NCBI GenBank assembly: GCA_047495785.1
Contig: JBLDXI010000036.1
Span: forward strand, 992,001 to 1,056,000
Source: Lepidodermella squamata
Taxonomy: Eukaryota; Animalia; Gastrotricha
Direction of reading: 5' to 3'
Length of the DNA stretch: 64,000 bases
Shown here: positions 1 through 12,441 of the stretch, one piece after another
How the letters are laid out: every line of letters begins with the position of its first letter
How positions within the stretch are numbered: position 1 is the stretch's first letter
Notes under the pieces: model-generated
What the model was told of the DNA's origin: nothing
The model's database searches: none
Seen by the model: only the letters and a program-made list of their open reading frames with translations
Program-made: the position numbers and the translations under genes

Positions 1-811
1 GTGTGAAGCGATAACTGTTGTGCTGATCATTGCTTCGGCTGTTGTTGAGACAGTATGTCGAAACCCGAATGTTAAAGTAACATGGCAGTGCTTACTTTTC
101 GCTGATTGCACTGATTCAAATTGAATAAAACAGATTTTTTCAATTTCTTCGGTTTTAGGATAAGCCTCATTTTGATTTTATTTATCCTCAGAATTCCACA
201 GAAATATTAGAATTTTCGTGGCGAATTCGTGGCTAAGTGGTTCGATTCCACTCAGGCACACTACTATTTTTTTGTTTGTGCTGCGCAGAATAATTTGCGT
301 AAACAAGTGGGGCATCTAGCATTGTTTCACTTTATTCCAGGACCCGGTCACAAATTTTTTTGCTCTTCCAGTTATCGCTTCTCGGCCTTTTTGGCTATGA
401 TCAAAGTGTAGTATCTGTTCTTTGTAGTTTAATATCTACAACGGCCTCCATGTGGGGCCTACGATATTAGCCCGATTTTTGGCTAGCCGGGCGGGAGCAG
501 CCAGCTTGCTGGACCCCGTCCACGAGTCGGCCCGGTATTGCAGTACCTCCGGGATTCGGCTCACCCCCTGAAACATGGGGGAATGAAACTAAAAACAAAG
601 CATCTCAAAATAGCATTTACGAGCTTGAGAACTTGGTTCAGTTGCCGCTTTCGGAATTCAAAAAAGCCTTGAAGCTTCAAGCTTGAGAATTATCGATGAG
701 CTTTTCTTAGAAACTATTTCAAAATTAAGAAGCTGGAGGATTCACATTTTTCAAATTCCTCAGGGCAAGACTGTTTGTATGTACAGGTTTTTCTGTGGAT
801 TCGATTCGTAA

Positions 812-1162
812 TATTCAATCATTGTGGAACCATTGTTAAGTTGAACCTTGGCGCGCACGCTGATTGGTCAATTTATCGTTGCTAATGACTCCGGAATGAA
901 ACATTTTCGTCGTGCGATCCACTAATAAATTATTTTATATTTATGAAAAAATGACCTTGCCACACCCTCTGCCCGGTTTCCATTAACCACGAGCGTAAAC
1001 TCCATATTAATTGTGGTAAATTGCTGCGGCAAAAACACTTGTTGCAAAAAATCTTATGGATCGCACGACAGAACGTTTCATCCGGGAGTCATAGCAACGA
1101 TCGATTGACCAATCAGCGTGTGCATTAGATTGGACTTTTAAGTGGTCAAACAATGAATGACT
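812..1162. mobile_element. Palindromic MITE-like element (also about 6206-6556 and 11600-11950)
   Basis: Imperfect inverted arms, core CACGCTGATTGGTCAAT...GTCGTGCGATCCA (856-921) versus TGGATCGCACGAC...ATTGACCAATCAGCGTG (1057-1120), with weaker outer extension. Confidence 0.65.
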
Positions 1163-1980
1163 TGTTAGGTTCAATCACCATCCCACAATTGACTTATTCC
1201 CCCTTGTGAAATATACTAGACGCCGCCATGCGCTATTACCGTTTCGAGGGTGCTTATTGACGTAGTGGCTAGACGCTAGACATGACGCTGTTCTTGCAAG
1301 AAAAACATCGCCTCAGTCTGGTGTGGCAACAGCTGATATAATTCGCGAACCTCTTTCCAAGCCTCGTAGCGCTACTACATAGCTCATTTCATCACGATTA
1401 ATTGCAATATTCATGTTAAGAATCTCTCTATTGTCATGGTGAATTACGTTGTTTCTCTGATCGCATTGTTATCCTGTTTCGCTGTTGTTGCATGTTGTTT
1501 TAAATGCGACGGTCAATTACATTCGCTCTACACCCCCGATGAGTCGTCACCGCCAGGTAAATGGTACCGCAATGACTATCAATCCGTTTTAGCTCAAATT
1601 TAAAGCCATAGATCCTCAAACCAGCCTGGAAAGAAACTTACCGAACTCATACCATATATCTCGATTTTAATGATAAAATGTCGAGGTAGCATGGATCTCG
1701 GTCCTTCCAGGTTGTTCCTCGTGCATCACGTTGAAACTTTATTACGAGTCACGTGACTTTTTCCGGTATTCCTTTTCTTCAACAGAATTAAGTTTAACTG
1801 TGTTATACACTATAATGTTGGATTATAATCAAACCTTTATAACCTAACGTGATAGACGCTAATCTACTTATATCCTCCAATTATTCAAATAAATGTGATT
1901 TCTGGTGGCGGGAAAAAGCATTTGACCCGTTTTCAATTCAACAGGCAATCAAAAGCCATCCAGAAATGGCTTGCGAAGAA

Positions 1981-4855
1981 CCGAGAACAATATCGTCTGC
2001 CGATTTCCCGCCGATTCAGTCGCAACCGTCTGCCGCCGCGTCGAATTCGAGTGGCGGACCTGCTGAGAGGTGTTCCGCCGCCTGCGCCTGCGCCTGAATC
2101 GTTGGTACAACCGATTAGCGAGGTTGGCTATGAGTTGCCCGCTAACTTCGAAGACCGCCTCGTCGACCGCTTTCTCGATCGGCTGCAGCCGTCGATCATC
2201 GCGGCTGCTGGATGTTATCGCCCACGCTCGCCTACGCCGATGCTAGTAGATTTGTTGTCGCCCCCGGGTATAACCCGTGGACCAGGGAGCTCGAGACTGC
2301 TTTTCTGCGTGATGCGTTGTGTTTCGGCAGCGCGCCAGCTATATTCGCAGGTGATTTGAACGCCTGGGCGTCCGTGCTTGGGAACGAGCGGCTGAACCCT
2401 AGCGGACTGGTTCTTGACGAGTTGCTTGAGAATTCTGATATCGCCTTGCTTAGCTCGCCGGATGCGCCTACTCACTTTCAGGACGGTCACACGCCTCGTG
2501 TCCTTGATACCTGGTTGGCCTCGAAAACCGCCGCGGACTGGTTCAACTCCTCACCGGTTGTAGCGAACAGCGAACAGATACGGCAGCGATCACGCCGTGA
2601 CCTATACCGACGTCGCCATCCCTACTCGGGGCGGCCCTGTATTAGCACCCATCGCGCTTGAAGATTTACGGTTCAATTTTATGTGTGCCGACTGGCCTAA
2701 ATACGGAGATGATGTGTCGTCGCGGCTACTTGCTGTCGTCAAACCCCAGGGCGGCGACCCTACGGAAGAAGCTCTTGAAACCTTCTCACGAGCGATAGTA
2801 AGAGTTATGATGGACGCCGCAATTGCGACGATTCCTAGATGTGCCGCATCGAAATTGCCGGCTGTTCACCTCAATGACGACATCCGCCGAGCAATCGACG
2901 CTCGCTCCGAGGCCGAAAAGTCGCACGCGGCCGAGCAAAGTGTCGCGTACAAAGCGGCCCTCAACGCTGCGACACGCACGGTGGTACAGGCAGTCGGGCG
3001 GGTCAAGCACCGCGAACACCTACGACGGTTGGAACAGATCGCGGCGTTGTTTCGAGATCAACAAGCGGCGCTCGCTTGGCAACAGGCGCAACGACTGCTC
3101 GGATCGCAAAAGGCCACGCGACGTGAGATACCGCCGCTTCAGTTACCCGATGGCACTACGGCAGCTAGCGATGAGGACAAGGCTCAGGCACTCGCCAACA
3201 ACTGGGCCCCTACGTTCAAGTCCGCGCCGCGGTCAAGCCCGCACGCCGAGGATCGCGAGTTTTGGCGCTCTGTCGACACAGCGTGTGATTCGAACCCAGG
3301 ACTCCGGCCACTCCGCACACTGCCACACGCGCTGCCTATTAGTATTACGCGCGCTGCTTTCTTTGCGCAGCTCAACAAGCTTCGCCTCAAGGCACCAGGC
3401 GAGGATGGTATATTGAACCCTTTGATTAAAAATGGGCCACCTGCCCTACATGATGCCCTATTGCTTTTATTTAATTACAGCCTTAGTACAGGTTTCGTCC
3501 CTAGCGCTTGGAAGGTCGCAGTCGTGGTCCCTGTCCCGAAGGCCGGCAAGTCCGCCCAGTCGGTCGATGGGTACCGCCCGGTGTCGCTGCTGTCGTGCGT
3601 CGCCAAGCTCATGGAGGCCGTCATCGCAGCGTACTTGCTGGACTTCTGCATCCAGCACGGCAAGTTGCCGGCCAGCCAGGTCGGATTTCAGCGGCTGAGG
3701 TCGGTGCTGGATGCAATCCTACGTTTGGTACACGACATTTGCGAGGGGCGCTCCGACACTGGCGAGGAAACTGGCGAAGAGAGAAGAAGGCTGGTGACAG
3801 TGGCCGCCTTTCTCGACTACCGCGCGGCCTACGACAGCGTATGGCACAACGGGCTCCGACTCGCCCTCGAAGGTCTCGGTCTGCCCGAGCCGGTCGTTCG
3901 CTGGTGCTCCGACTTCTTGCGTGGCCGTCAATCTCGAGTCAGGGTTGGGTCGCAGCTCAGTGAGCCCTTCAACTGCGATTGTGGCGTCCCGCAAGGGTCG
4001 CCGTTATCACCAATTTTGTTCATTATTTACACAGCTACTTCGCTTCCCGCCGAAGTCAACCCGGACGATGCGATGAAGCGCACCGCCGCCGCCGCCTACG
4101 CCGACGACCAGGCGATCTGGGCTACTGGTCACCCCGAGGCGCTGGTTACCGCTCGTGTCCAAAGCGCCCTCCGCGTCTCCGAGCGTTGGTCGTATCGCTG
4201 GCGTCTGGACCTGAACCCGCGCAAGTGCGAATGGGTCGCGTTCAATGCCTGGGGCATGAAGTGTGGCGCTGGGCTGCAAGTCTGTGGCGAGTCGTTACCG
4301 CGCGCCGAGGAGTTCAAATACCTGGGCGTATGGCTGCACAAGCACCTGAACTGGCGTCGGCATGTCGAGCACGTCCGTGCAAAGGCGATGCCGCGAGTCG
4401 CCGCTTTGCGGCGAGGGCGACTGGCCTCGAACCCGCAACTCGGTCTTCTGTTCTACAAAGCGACGATTCGGCCGCTGATTGAATTCGGCTGCCCTGTTTT
4501 CGCCAATCTCAACCCTGGGCTGCTCGAGCAGTTGGCACTGATCGAGAAGCGGGCGCTCAAGGCCATTCTTGGTCTTCACCGCCGGACACCTACAACCGTT
4601 TTTCAACAGCGAGTCGACGCTGTTTTCCCTGGCTTCGTGCCAATCACGGAGCGAATCGGCAACGTGACGTTCAACGCCCTCAACAAGTCGGTCTCAGTCA
4701 ATGGCCCGCTCAACGACATCATTCGGAGGTGCCGGGATGCACCCAATGACAAAAGTGACTCGCCAATCCGGTTTTTCCTCGACACCATTCTAGGCGAAGG
4801 CCCTCTGCCTGAGTCCCGCGACCGACCGCCGTCGATCCCGTCCTTTGAGGCGTGA
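1981..4855 (+). mobile_element. Non-LTR retrotransposon (LINE) fragment, copy 1: partial APE endonuclease (2212-~2580, frameshifted) plus RT ORF
   Basis: GDLNA and PTH...LDTWL endonuclease motifs; RT motifs YRPVSLL, QVGF, DYRAAYDSV, GVPQGSPLSP, YADD, YLG; no poly(A) tail; visibly GC-rich against AT-rich flanks. Confidence 0.9.
2597..4855 (+). CDS. LINE-type reverse transcriptase (ORF2 C-terminal part, 752 aa)
   Basis: APGEDG, YRPVSLL, GVPQGSPLSP, YADD, KYLGV motifs. Confidence 0.9.
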   Translation: MTYTDVAIPTRGGPVLAPIALEDLRFNFMCADWPKYGDDVSSRLLAVVKPQGGDPTEEALETFSRAIVRVMMDAAIATIPRCAASKLPAVHLNDDIRRAIDARSEAEKSHAAEQSVAYKAALNAATRTVVQAVGRVKHREHLRRLEQIAALFRDQQAALAWQQAQRLLGSQKATRREIPPLQLPDGTTAASDEDKAQALANNWAPTFKSAPRSSPHAEDREFWRSVDTACDSNPGLRPLRTLPHALPISITRAAFFAQLNKLRLKAPGEDGILNPLIKNGPPALHDALLLLFNYSLSTGFVPSAWKVAVVVPVPKAGKSAQSVDGYRPVSLLSCVAKLMEAVIAAYLLDFCIQHGKLPASQVGFQRLRSVLDAILRLVHDICEGRSDTGEETGEERRRLVTVAAFLDYRAAYDSVWHNGLRLALEGLGLPEPVVRWCSDFLRGRQSRVRVGSQLSEPFNCDCGVPQGSPLSPILFIIYTATSLPAEVNPDDAMKRTAAAAYADDQAIWATGHPEALVTARVQSALRVSERWSYRWRLDLNPRKCEWVAFNAWGMKCGAGLQVCGESLPRAEEFKYLGVWLHKHLNWRRHVEHVRAKAMPRVAALRRGRLASNPQLGLLFYKATIRPLIEFGCPVFANLNPGLLEQLALIEKRALKAILGLHRRTPTTVFQQRVDAVFPGFVPITERIGNVTFNALNKSVSVNGPLNDIIRRCRDAPNDKSDSPIRFFLDTILGEGPLPESRDRPPSIPSFEA

Positions 4856-5165
4856 CCATGATCAAAATTTGATAAGAAGTCCGGTCAAGAAGAGTTTCGA
4901 AATATAGCTAAATAATATAATATAATATAATATAGGCCTTGATGTAAATAATTAATCATCAATTTTTCTGCCAGTGTTGCACTTACGCCATTATGCACCC
5001 CGCAATTAGCGGGAATTTCGGCGCGCCGAATATATTTTTTTGCGACATTTGGATGTACACGAATCATCGTTATTTGTGGTTTACCCTCGGGTATTCGAAT
5101 ATTTTCACTTCCCAATAAAGATGCTCGTTCCTCAAAGTGTAGTATCTGTTCTTTGTAGTTTAACA

Positions 5166-5545
5166 CTTTAACTGCCAAAAATAGACCGTGAGACCCAATA
5201 TTTAGGTCTAATTCCTGGGTCTGTCAAAAAGTCTTGTTTTTCGGGTAAACTTTGCGTCCTAGGGCAAAATGCCCGACGGCAAAATGTAGGCCATGAGCCC
5301 GCGGTTCTTTTGACACCGAACTCGGGGCCATAAGGTCTGAGCAGGTCTTTGAAAATGACAGTTAAAAAACGCCGAAATTTCGATTGTTGCGCCATAATCT
5401 GGGTCTAATAATTAGGTCCAATTCTTGGGTCTGATTTTTGGCTCTAATCCAAAATTTCGGCGTTTTTTAACTGTCATTTTCAAAGACCTGCTCAGACCTT
5501 ATGGCCCCGAGTTCGGTGTCAAAAGAACTTTTTTGGCAGTTAAAG
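5166..5545. mobile_element. MITE-like element with 16-bp TIRs and a 77-bp internal perfect inverted repeat (second copy 10560-10939)
   Basis: CTTTAACTGCCAAAAA (5166-5181) / TTTTTGGCAGTTAAAG (5530-5545); inner arms 5304-5380 / 5452-5528; left end preceded by TTAACA (piggyBac-like context). Confidence 0.75.
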
Positions 5546-7374
5546 GTTTTAGGATAAGCCTCATTTTGATTTTATTTATCCTCAGAATTCCACAGAAATA
5601 TTAGAATTTTCGTGGCGAATTCGTGGCTAAGTGGTTCGATTCCACTCAGGCACACTACTATTTTTTTGTTTGTGCTGCGCAGAATAATTTGCGTAAACAA
5701 GTGGGGCATCTAGCATTGTTTCACTTTATTCCAGGACCCGGTCACAAATTTTTTTGCTCTTCCAGTTATCGCTTCTCGGCCTTTTTGGCTATGATCAAAG
5801 TGTAGTATCTGTTCTTTGTAGTTTAATATCTACAACGGCCTCCATGTGGGGCCTACGATATTAGCCCGATTTTTGGCTAGCCGGGCGGGAGCAGCCAGCT
5901 TGCTGGACCCCGTCCACGAGTCGGCCCGGTATTGCAGTACCTCCGGGATTCGGCTCACCCCCTGAAACATGGGGGAATGAAACTAAAAACAAAGCATCTC
6001 AAAATAGCATTTACGAGCTTGAGAACTTGGTTCAGTTGCCGCTTTCGGAATTCAAAAAAGCCTTGAAGCTTCAAGCTTGAGAATTATCGATGAGCTTTTC
6101 TTAGAAACTATTTCAAAATTAAGAAGCTGGAGGATTCACATTTTTCAAATTCCTCAGGGCAAGACTGTTTGTATGTACAGGTTTTTCTGTGGATTCGATT
6201 CGTAATATTCAATCATTGTGGAACCATTGTTAAGTTGAACCTTGGCGCGCACGCTGATTGGTCAATTTATCGTTGCTAATGACTCCGGAATGAAACATTT
6301 TCGTCGTGCGATCCACTAATAAATTATTTTATATTTATGAAAAAATGACCTTGCCACACCCTCTGCCCGGTTTCCATTAACCACGAGCGTAAACTCCATA
6401 TTAATTGTGGTAAATTGCTGCGGCAAAAACACTTGTTGCAAAAAATCTTATGGATCGCACGACAGAACGTTTCATCCGGGAGTCATAGCAACGATCGATT
6501 GACCAATCAGCGTGTGCATTAGATTGGACTTTTAAGTGGTCAAACAATGAATGACTTGTTAGGTTCAATCACCATCCCACAATTGACTTATTCCCCCTTG
6601 TGAAATATACTAGACGCCGCCATGCGCTATTACCGTTTCGAGGGTGCTTATTGACGTAGTGGCTAGACGCTAGACATGACGCTGTTCTTGCAAGAAAAAC
6701 ATCGCCTCAGTCTGGTGTGGCAACAGCTGATATAATTCGCGAACCTCTTTCCAAGCCTCGTAGCGCTACTACATAGCTCATTTCATCACGATTAATTGCA
6801 ATATTCATGTTAAGAATCTCTCTATTGTCATGGTGAATTACGTTGTTTCTCTGATCGCATTGTTATCCTGTTTCGCTGTTGTTGCATGTTGTTTTAAATG
6901 CGACGGTCAATTACATTCGCTCTACACCCCCGATGAGTCGTCACCGCCAGGTAAATGGTACCGCAATGACTATCAATCCGTTTTAGCTCAAATTTAAAGC
7001 CATAGATCCTCAAACCAGCCTGGAAAGAAACTTACCGAACTCATACCATATATCTCGATTTTAATGATAAAATGTCGAGGTAGCATGGATCTCGGTCCTT
7101 CCAGGTTGTTCCTCGTGCATCACGTTGAAACTTTATTACGAGTCACGTGACTTTTTCCGGTATTCCTTTTCTTCAACAGAATTAAGTTTAACTGTGTTAT
7201 ACACTATAATGTTGGATTATAATCAAACCTTTATAACCTAACGTGATAGACGCTAATCTACTTATATCCTCCAATTATTCAAATAAATGTGATTTCTGGT
7301 GGCGGGAAAAAGCATTTGACCCGTTTTCAATTCAACAGGCAATCAAAAGCCATCCAGAAATGGCTTGCGAAGAA

Positions 7375-10249
7375 CCGAGAACAATATCGTCTGCCGATTT
7401 CCCGCCGATTCAGTCGCAACCGTCTGCCGCCGCGTCGAATTCGAGTGGCGGACCTGCTGAGAGGTGTTCCGCCGCCTGCGCCTGCGCCTGAATCGTTGGT
7501 ACAACCGATTAGCGAGGTTGGCTATGAGTTGCCCGCTAACTTCGAAGACCGCCTCGTCGACCGCTTTCTCGATCGGCTGCAGCCGTCGATCATCGCGGCT
7601 GCTGGATGTTATCGCCCACGCTCGCCTACGCCGATGCTAGTAGATTTGTTGTCGCCCCCGGGTATAACCCGTGGACCAGGGAGCTCGAGACTGCTTTTCT
7701 GCGTGATGCGTTGTGTTTCGGCAGCGCGCCAGCTATATTCGCAGGTGATTTGAACGCCTGGGCGTCCGTGCTTGGGAACGAGCGGCTGAACCCTAGCGGA
7801 CTGGTTCTTGACGAGTTGCTTGAGAATTCTGATATCGCCTTGCTTAGCTCGCCGGATGCGCCTACTCACTTTCAGGACGGTCACACGCCTCGTGTCCTTG
7901 ATACCTGGTTGGCCTCGAAAACCGCCGCGGACTGGTTCAACTCCTCACCGGTTGTAGCGAACAGCGAACAGATACGGCAGCGATCACGCCGTGACCTATA
8001 CCGACGTCGCCATCCCTACTCGGGGCGGCCCTGTATTAGCACCCATCGCGCTTGAAGATTTACGGTTCAATTTTATGTGTGCCGACTGGCCTAAATACGG
8101 AGATGATGTGTCGTCGCGGCTACTTGCTGTCGTCAAACCCCAGGGCGGCGACCCTACGGAAGAAGCTCTTGAAACCTTCTCACGAGCGATAGTAAGAGTT
8201 ATGATGGACGCCGCAATTGCGACGATTCCTAGATGTGCCGCATCGAAATTGCCGGCTGTTCACCTCAATGACGACATCCGCCGAGCAATCGACGCTCGCT
8301 CCGAGGCCGAAAAGTCGCACGCGGCCGAGCAAAGTGTCGCGTACAAAGCGGCCCTCAACGCTGCGACACGCACGGTGGTACAGGCAGTCGGGCGGGTCAA
8401 GCACCGCGAACACCTACGACGGTTGGAACAGATCGCGGCGTTGTTTCGAGATCAACAAGCGGCGCTCGCTTGGCAACAGGCGCAACGACTGCTCGGATCG
8501 CAAAAGGCCACGCGACGTGAGATACCGCCGCTTCAGTTACCCGATGGCACTACGGCAGCTAGCGATGAGGACAAGGCTCAGGCACTCGCCAACAACTGGG
8601 CCCCTACGTTCAAGTCCGCGCCGCGGTCAAGCCCGCACGCCGAGGATCGCGAGTTTTGGCGCTCTGTCGACACAGCGTGTGATTCGAACCCAGGACTCCG
8701 GCCACTCCGCACACTGCCACACGCGCTGCCTATTAGTATTACGCGCGCTGCTTTCTTTGCGCAGCTCAACAAGCTTCGCCTCAAGGCACCAGGCGAGGAT
8801 GGTATATTGAACCCTTTGATTAAAAATGGGCCACCTGCCCTACATGATGCCCTATTGCTTTTATTTAATTACAGCCTTAGTACAGGTTTCGTCCCTAGCG
8901 CTTGGAAGGTCGCAGTCGTGGTCCCTGTCCCGAAGGCCGGCAAGTCCGCCCAGTCGGTCGATGGGTACCGCCCGGTGTCGCTGCTGTCGTGCGTCGCCAA
9001 GCTCATGGAGGCCGTCATCGCAGCGTACTTGCTGGACTTCTGCATCCAGCACGGCAAGTTGCCGGCCAGCCAGGTCGGATTTCAGCGGCTGAGGTCGGTG
9101 CTGGATGCAATCCTACGTTTGGTACACGACATTTGCGAGGGGCGCTCCGACACTGGCGAGGAAACTGGCGAAGAGAGAAGAAGGCTGGTGACAGTGGCCG
9201 CCTTTCTCGACTACCGCGCGGCCTACGACAGCGTATGGCACAACGGGCTCCGACTCGCCCTCGAAGGTCTCGGTCTGCCCGAGCCGGTCGTTCGCTGGTG
9301 CTCCGACTTCTTGCGTGGCCGTCAATCTCGAGTCAGGGTTGGGTCGCAGCTCAGTGAGCCCTTCAACTGCGATTGTGGCGTCCCGCAAGGGTCGCCGTTA
9401 TCACCAATTTTGTTCATTATTTACACAGCTACTTCGCTTCCCGCCGAAGTCAACCCGGACGATGCGATGAAGCGCACCGCCGCCGCCGCCTACGCCGACG
9501 ACCAGGCGATCTGGGCTACTGGTCACCCCGAGGCGCTGGTTACCGCTCGTGTCCAAAGCGCCCTCCGCGTCTCCGAGCGTTGGTCGTATCGCTGGCGTCT
9601 GGACCTGAACCCGCGCAAGTGCGAATGGGTCGCGTTCAATGCCTGGGGCATGAAGTGTGGCGCTGGGCTGCAAGTCTGTGGCGAGTCGTTACCGCGCGCC
9701 GAGGAGTTCAAATACCTGGGCGTATGGCTGCACAAGCACCTGAACTGGCGTCGGCATGTCGAGCACGTCCGTGCAAAGGCGATGCCGCGAGTCGCCGCTT
9801 TGCGGCGAGGGCGACTGGCCTCGAACCCGCAACTCGGTCTTCTGTTCTACAAAGCGACGATTCGGCCGCTGATTGAATTCGGCTGCCCTGTTTTCGCCAA
9901 TCTCAACCCTGGGCTGCTCGAGCAGTTGGCACTGATCGAGAAGCGGGCGCTCAAGGCCATTCTTGGTCTTCACCGCCGGACACCTACAACCGTTTTTCAA
10001 CAGCGAGTCGACGCTGTTTTCCCTGGCTTCGTGCCAATCACGGAGCGAATCGGCAACGTGACGTTCAACGCCCTCAACAAGTCGGTCTCAGTCAATGGCC
10101 CGCTCAACGACATCATTCGGAGGTGCCGGGATGCACCCAATGACAAAAGTGACTCGCCAATCCGGTTTTTCCTCGACACCATTCTAGGCGAAGGCCCTCT
10201 GCCTGAGTCCCGCGACCGACCGCCGTCGATCCCGTCCTTTGAGGCGTGA
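7375..10249 (+). mobile_element. LINE fragment, copy 2 (RT ORF 7991-10249), identical in translation to copy 1
   Basis: Same ORF set shifted by 5394. Confidence 0.9.
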
Positions 10250-12441
10250 CCATGATCAAAATTTGATAAGAAGTCCGGTCAAGAAGAGTTTCGAAATATA
10301 GCTAAATAATATAATATAATATAATATAGGCCTTGATGTAAATAATTAATCATCAATTTTTCTGCCAGTGTTGCACTTACGCCATTATGCACCCCGCAAT
10401 TAGCGGGAATTTCGGCGCGCCGAATATATTTTTTTGCGACATTTGGATGTACACGAATCATCGTTATTTGTGGTTTACCCTCGGGTATTCGAATATTTTC
10501 ACTTCCCAATAAAGATGCTCGTTCCTCAAAGTGTAGTATCTGTTCTTTGTAGTTTAACACTTTAACTGCCAAAAATAGACCGTGAGACCCAATATTTAGG
10601 TCTAATTCCTGGGTCTGTCAAAAAGTCTTGTTTTTCGGGTAAACTTTGCGTCCTAGGGCAAAATGCCCGACGGCAAAATGTAGGCCATGAGCCCGCGGTT
10701 CTTTTGACACCGAACTCGGGGCCATAAGGTCTGAGCAGGTCTTTGAAAATGACAGTTAAAAAACGCCGAAATTTCGATTGTTGCGCCATAATCTGGGTCT
10801 AATAATTAGGTCCAATTCTTGGGTCTGATTTTTGGCTCTAATCCAAAATTTCGGCGTTTTTTAACTGTCATTTTCAAAGACCTGCTCAGACCTTATGGCC
10901 CCGAGTTCGGTGTCAAAAGAACTTTTTTGGCAGTTAAAGGTTTTAGGATAAGCCTCATTTTGATTTTATTTATCCTCAGAATTCCACAGAAATATTAGAA
11001 TTTTCGTGGCGAATTCGTGGCTAAGTGGTTCGATTCCACTCAGGCACACTACTATTTTTTTGTTTGTGCTGCGCAGAATAATTTGCGTAAACAAGTGGGG
11101 CATCTAGCATTGTTTCACTTTATTCCAGGACCCGGTCACAAATTTTTTTGCTCTTCCAGTTATCGCTTCTCGGCCTTTTTGGCTATGATCAAAGTGTAGT
11201 ATCTGTTCTTTGTAGTTTAATATCTACAACGGCCTCCATGTGGGGCCTACGATATTAGCCCGATTTTTGGCTAGCCGGGCGGGAGCAGCCAGCTTGCTGG
11301 ACCCCGTCCACGAGTCGGCCCGGTATTGCAGTACCTCCGGGATTCGGCTCACCCCCTGAAACATGGGGGAATGAAACTAAAAACAAAGCATCTCAAAATA
11401 GCATTTACGAGCTTGAGAACTTGGTTCAGTTGCCGCTTTCGGAATTCAAAAAAGCCTTGAAGCTTCAAGCTTGAGAATTATCGATGAGCTTTTCTTAGAA
11501 ACTATTTCAAAATTAAGAAGCTGGAGGATTCACATTTTTCAAATTCCTCAGGGCAAGACTGTTTGTATGTACAGGTTTTTCTGTGGATTCGATTCGTAAT
11601 ATTCAATCATTGTGGAACCATTGTTAAGTTGAACCTTGGCGCGCACGCTGATTGGTCAATTTATCGTTGCTAATGACTCCGGAATGAAACATTTTCGTCG
11701 TGCGATCCACTAATAAATTATTTTATATTTATGAAAAAATGACCTTGCCACACCCTCTGCCCGGTTTCCATTAACCACGAGCGTAAACTCCATATTAATT
11801 GTGGTAAATTGCTGCGGCAAAAACACTTGTTGCAAAAAATCTTATGGATCGCACGACAGAACGTTTCATCCGGGAGTCATAGCAACGATCGATTGACCAA
11901 TCAGCGTGTGCATTAGATTGGACTTTTAAGTGGTCAAACAATGAATGACTTGTTAGGTTCAATCACCATCCCACAATTGACTTATTCCCCCTTGTGAAAT
12001 ATACTAGACGCCGCCATGCGCTATTACCGTTTCGAGGGTGCTTATTGACGTAGTGGCTAGACGCTAGACATGACGCTGTTCTTGCAAGAAAAACATCGCC
12101 TCAGTCTGGTGTGGCAACAGCTGATATAATTCGCGAACCTCTTTCCAAGCCTCGTAGCGCTACTACATAGCTCATTTCATCACGATTAATTGCAATATTC
12201 ATGTTAAGAATCTCTCTATTGTCATGGTGAATTACGTTGTTTCTCTGATCGCATTGTTATCCTGTTTCGCTGTTGTTGCATGTTGTTTTAAATGCGACGG
12301 TCAATTACATTCGCTCTACACCCCCGATGAGTCGTCACCGCCAGGTAAATGGTACCGCAATGACTATCAATCCGTTTTAGCTCAAATTTAAAGCCATAGA
12401 TCCTCAAACCAGCCTGGAAAGAAACTTACCGAACTCATACC

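Larger units (their letters stand above)
151..12441 (+). repeat. Tandem array of a 5,394-bp unit (units start at 151, 5545, 10939; third unit interrupted at 12441 and resumes, diverged and deleted, at 15596-16338)
   Basis: All ORFs recur at +5394 with identical translations; unit start GGTTTTAGGATAAGCC at 151, 5545 and 10939. Confidence 0.95.

Noticed and set aside
2786-4788. Many short overlapping ORFs on both strands
   Set aside because: Shadow frames of a GC-rich RT gene; no motifs
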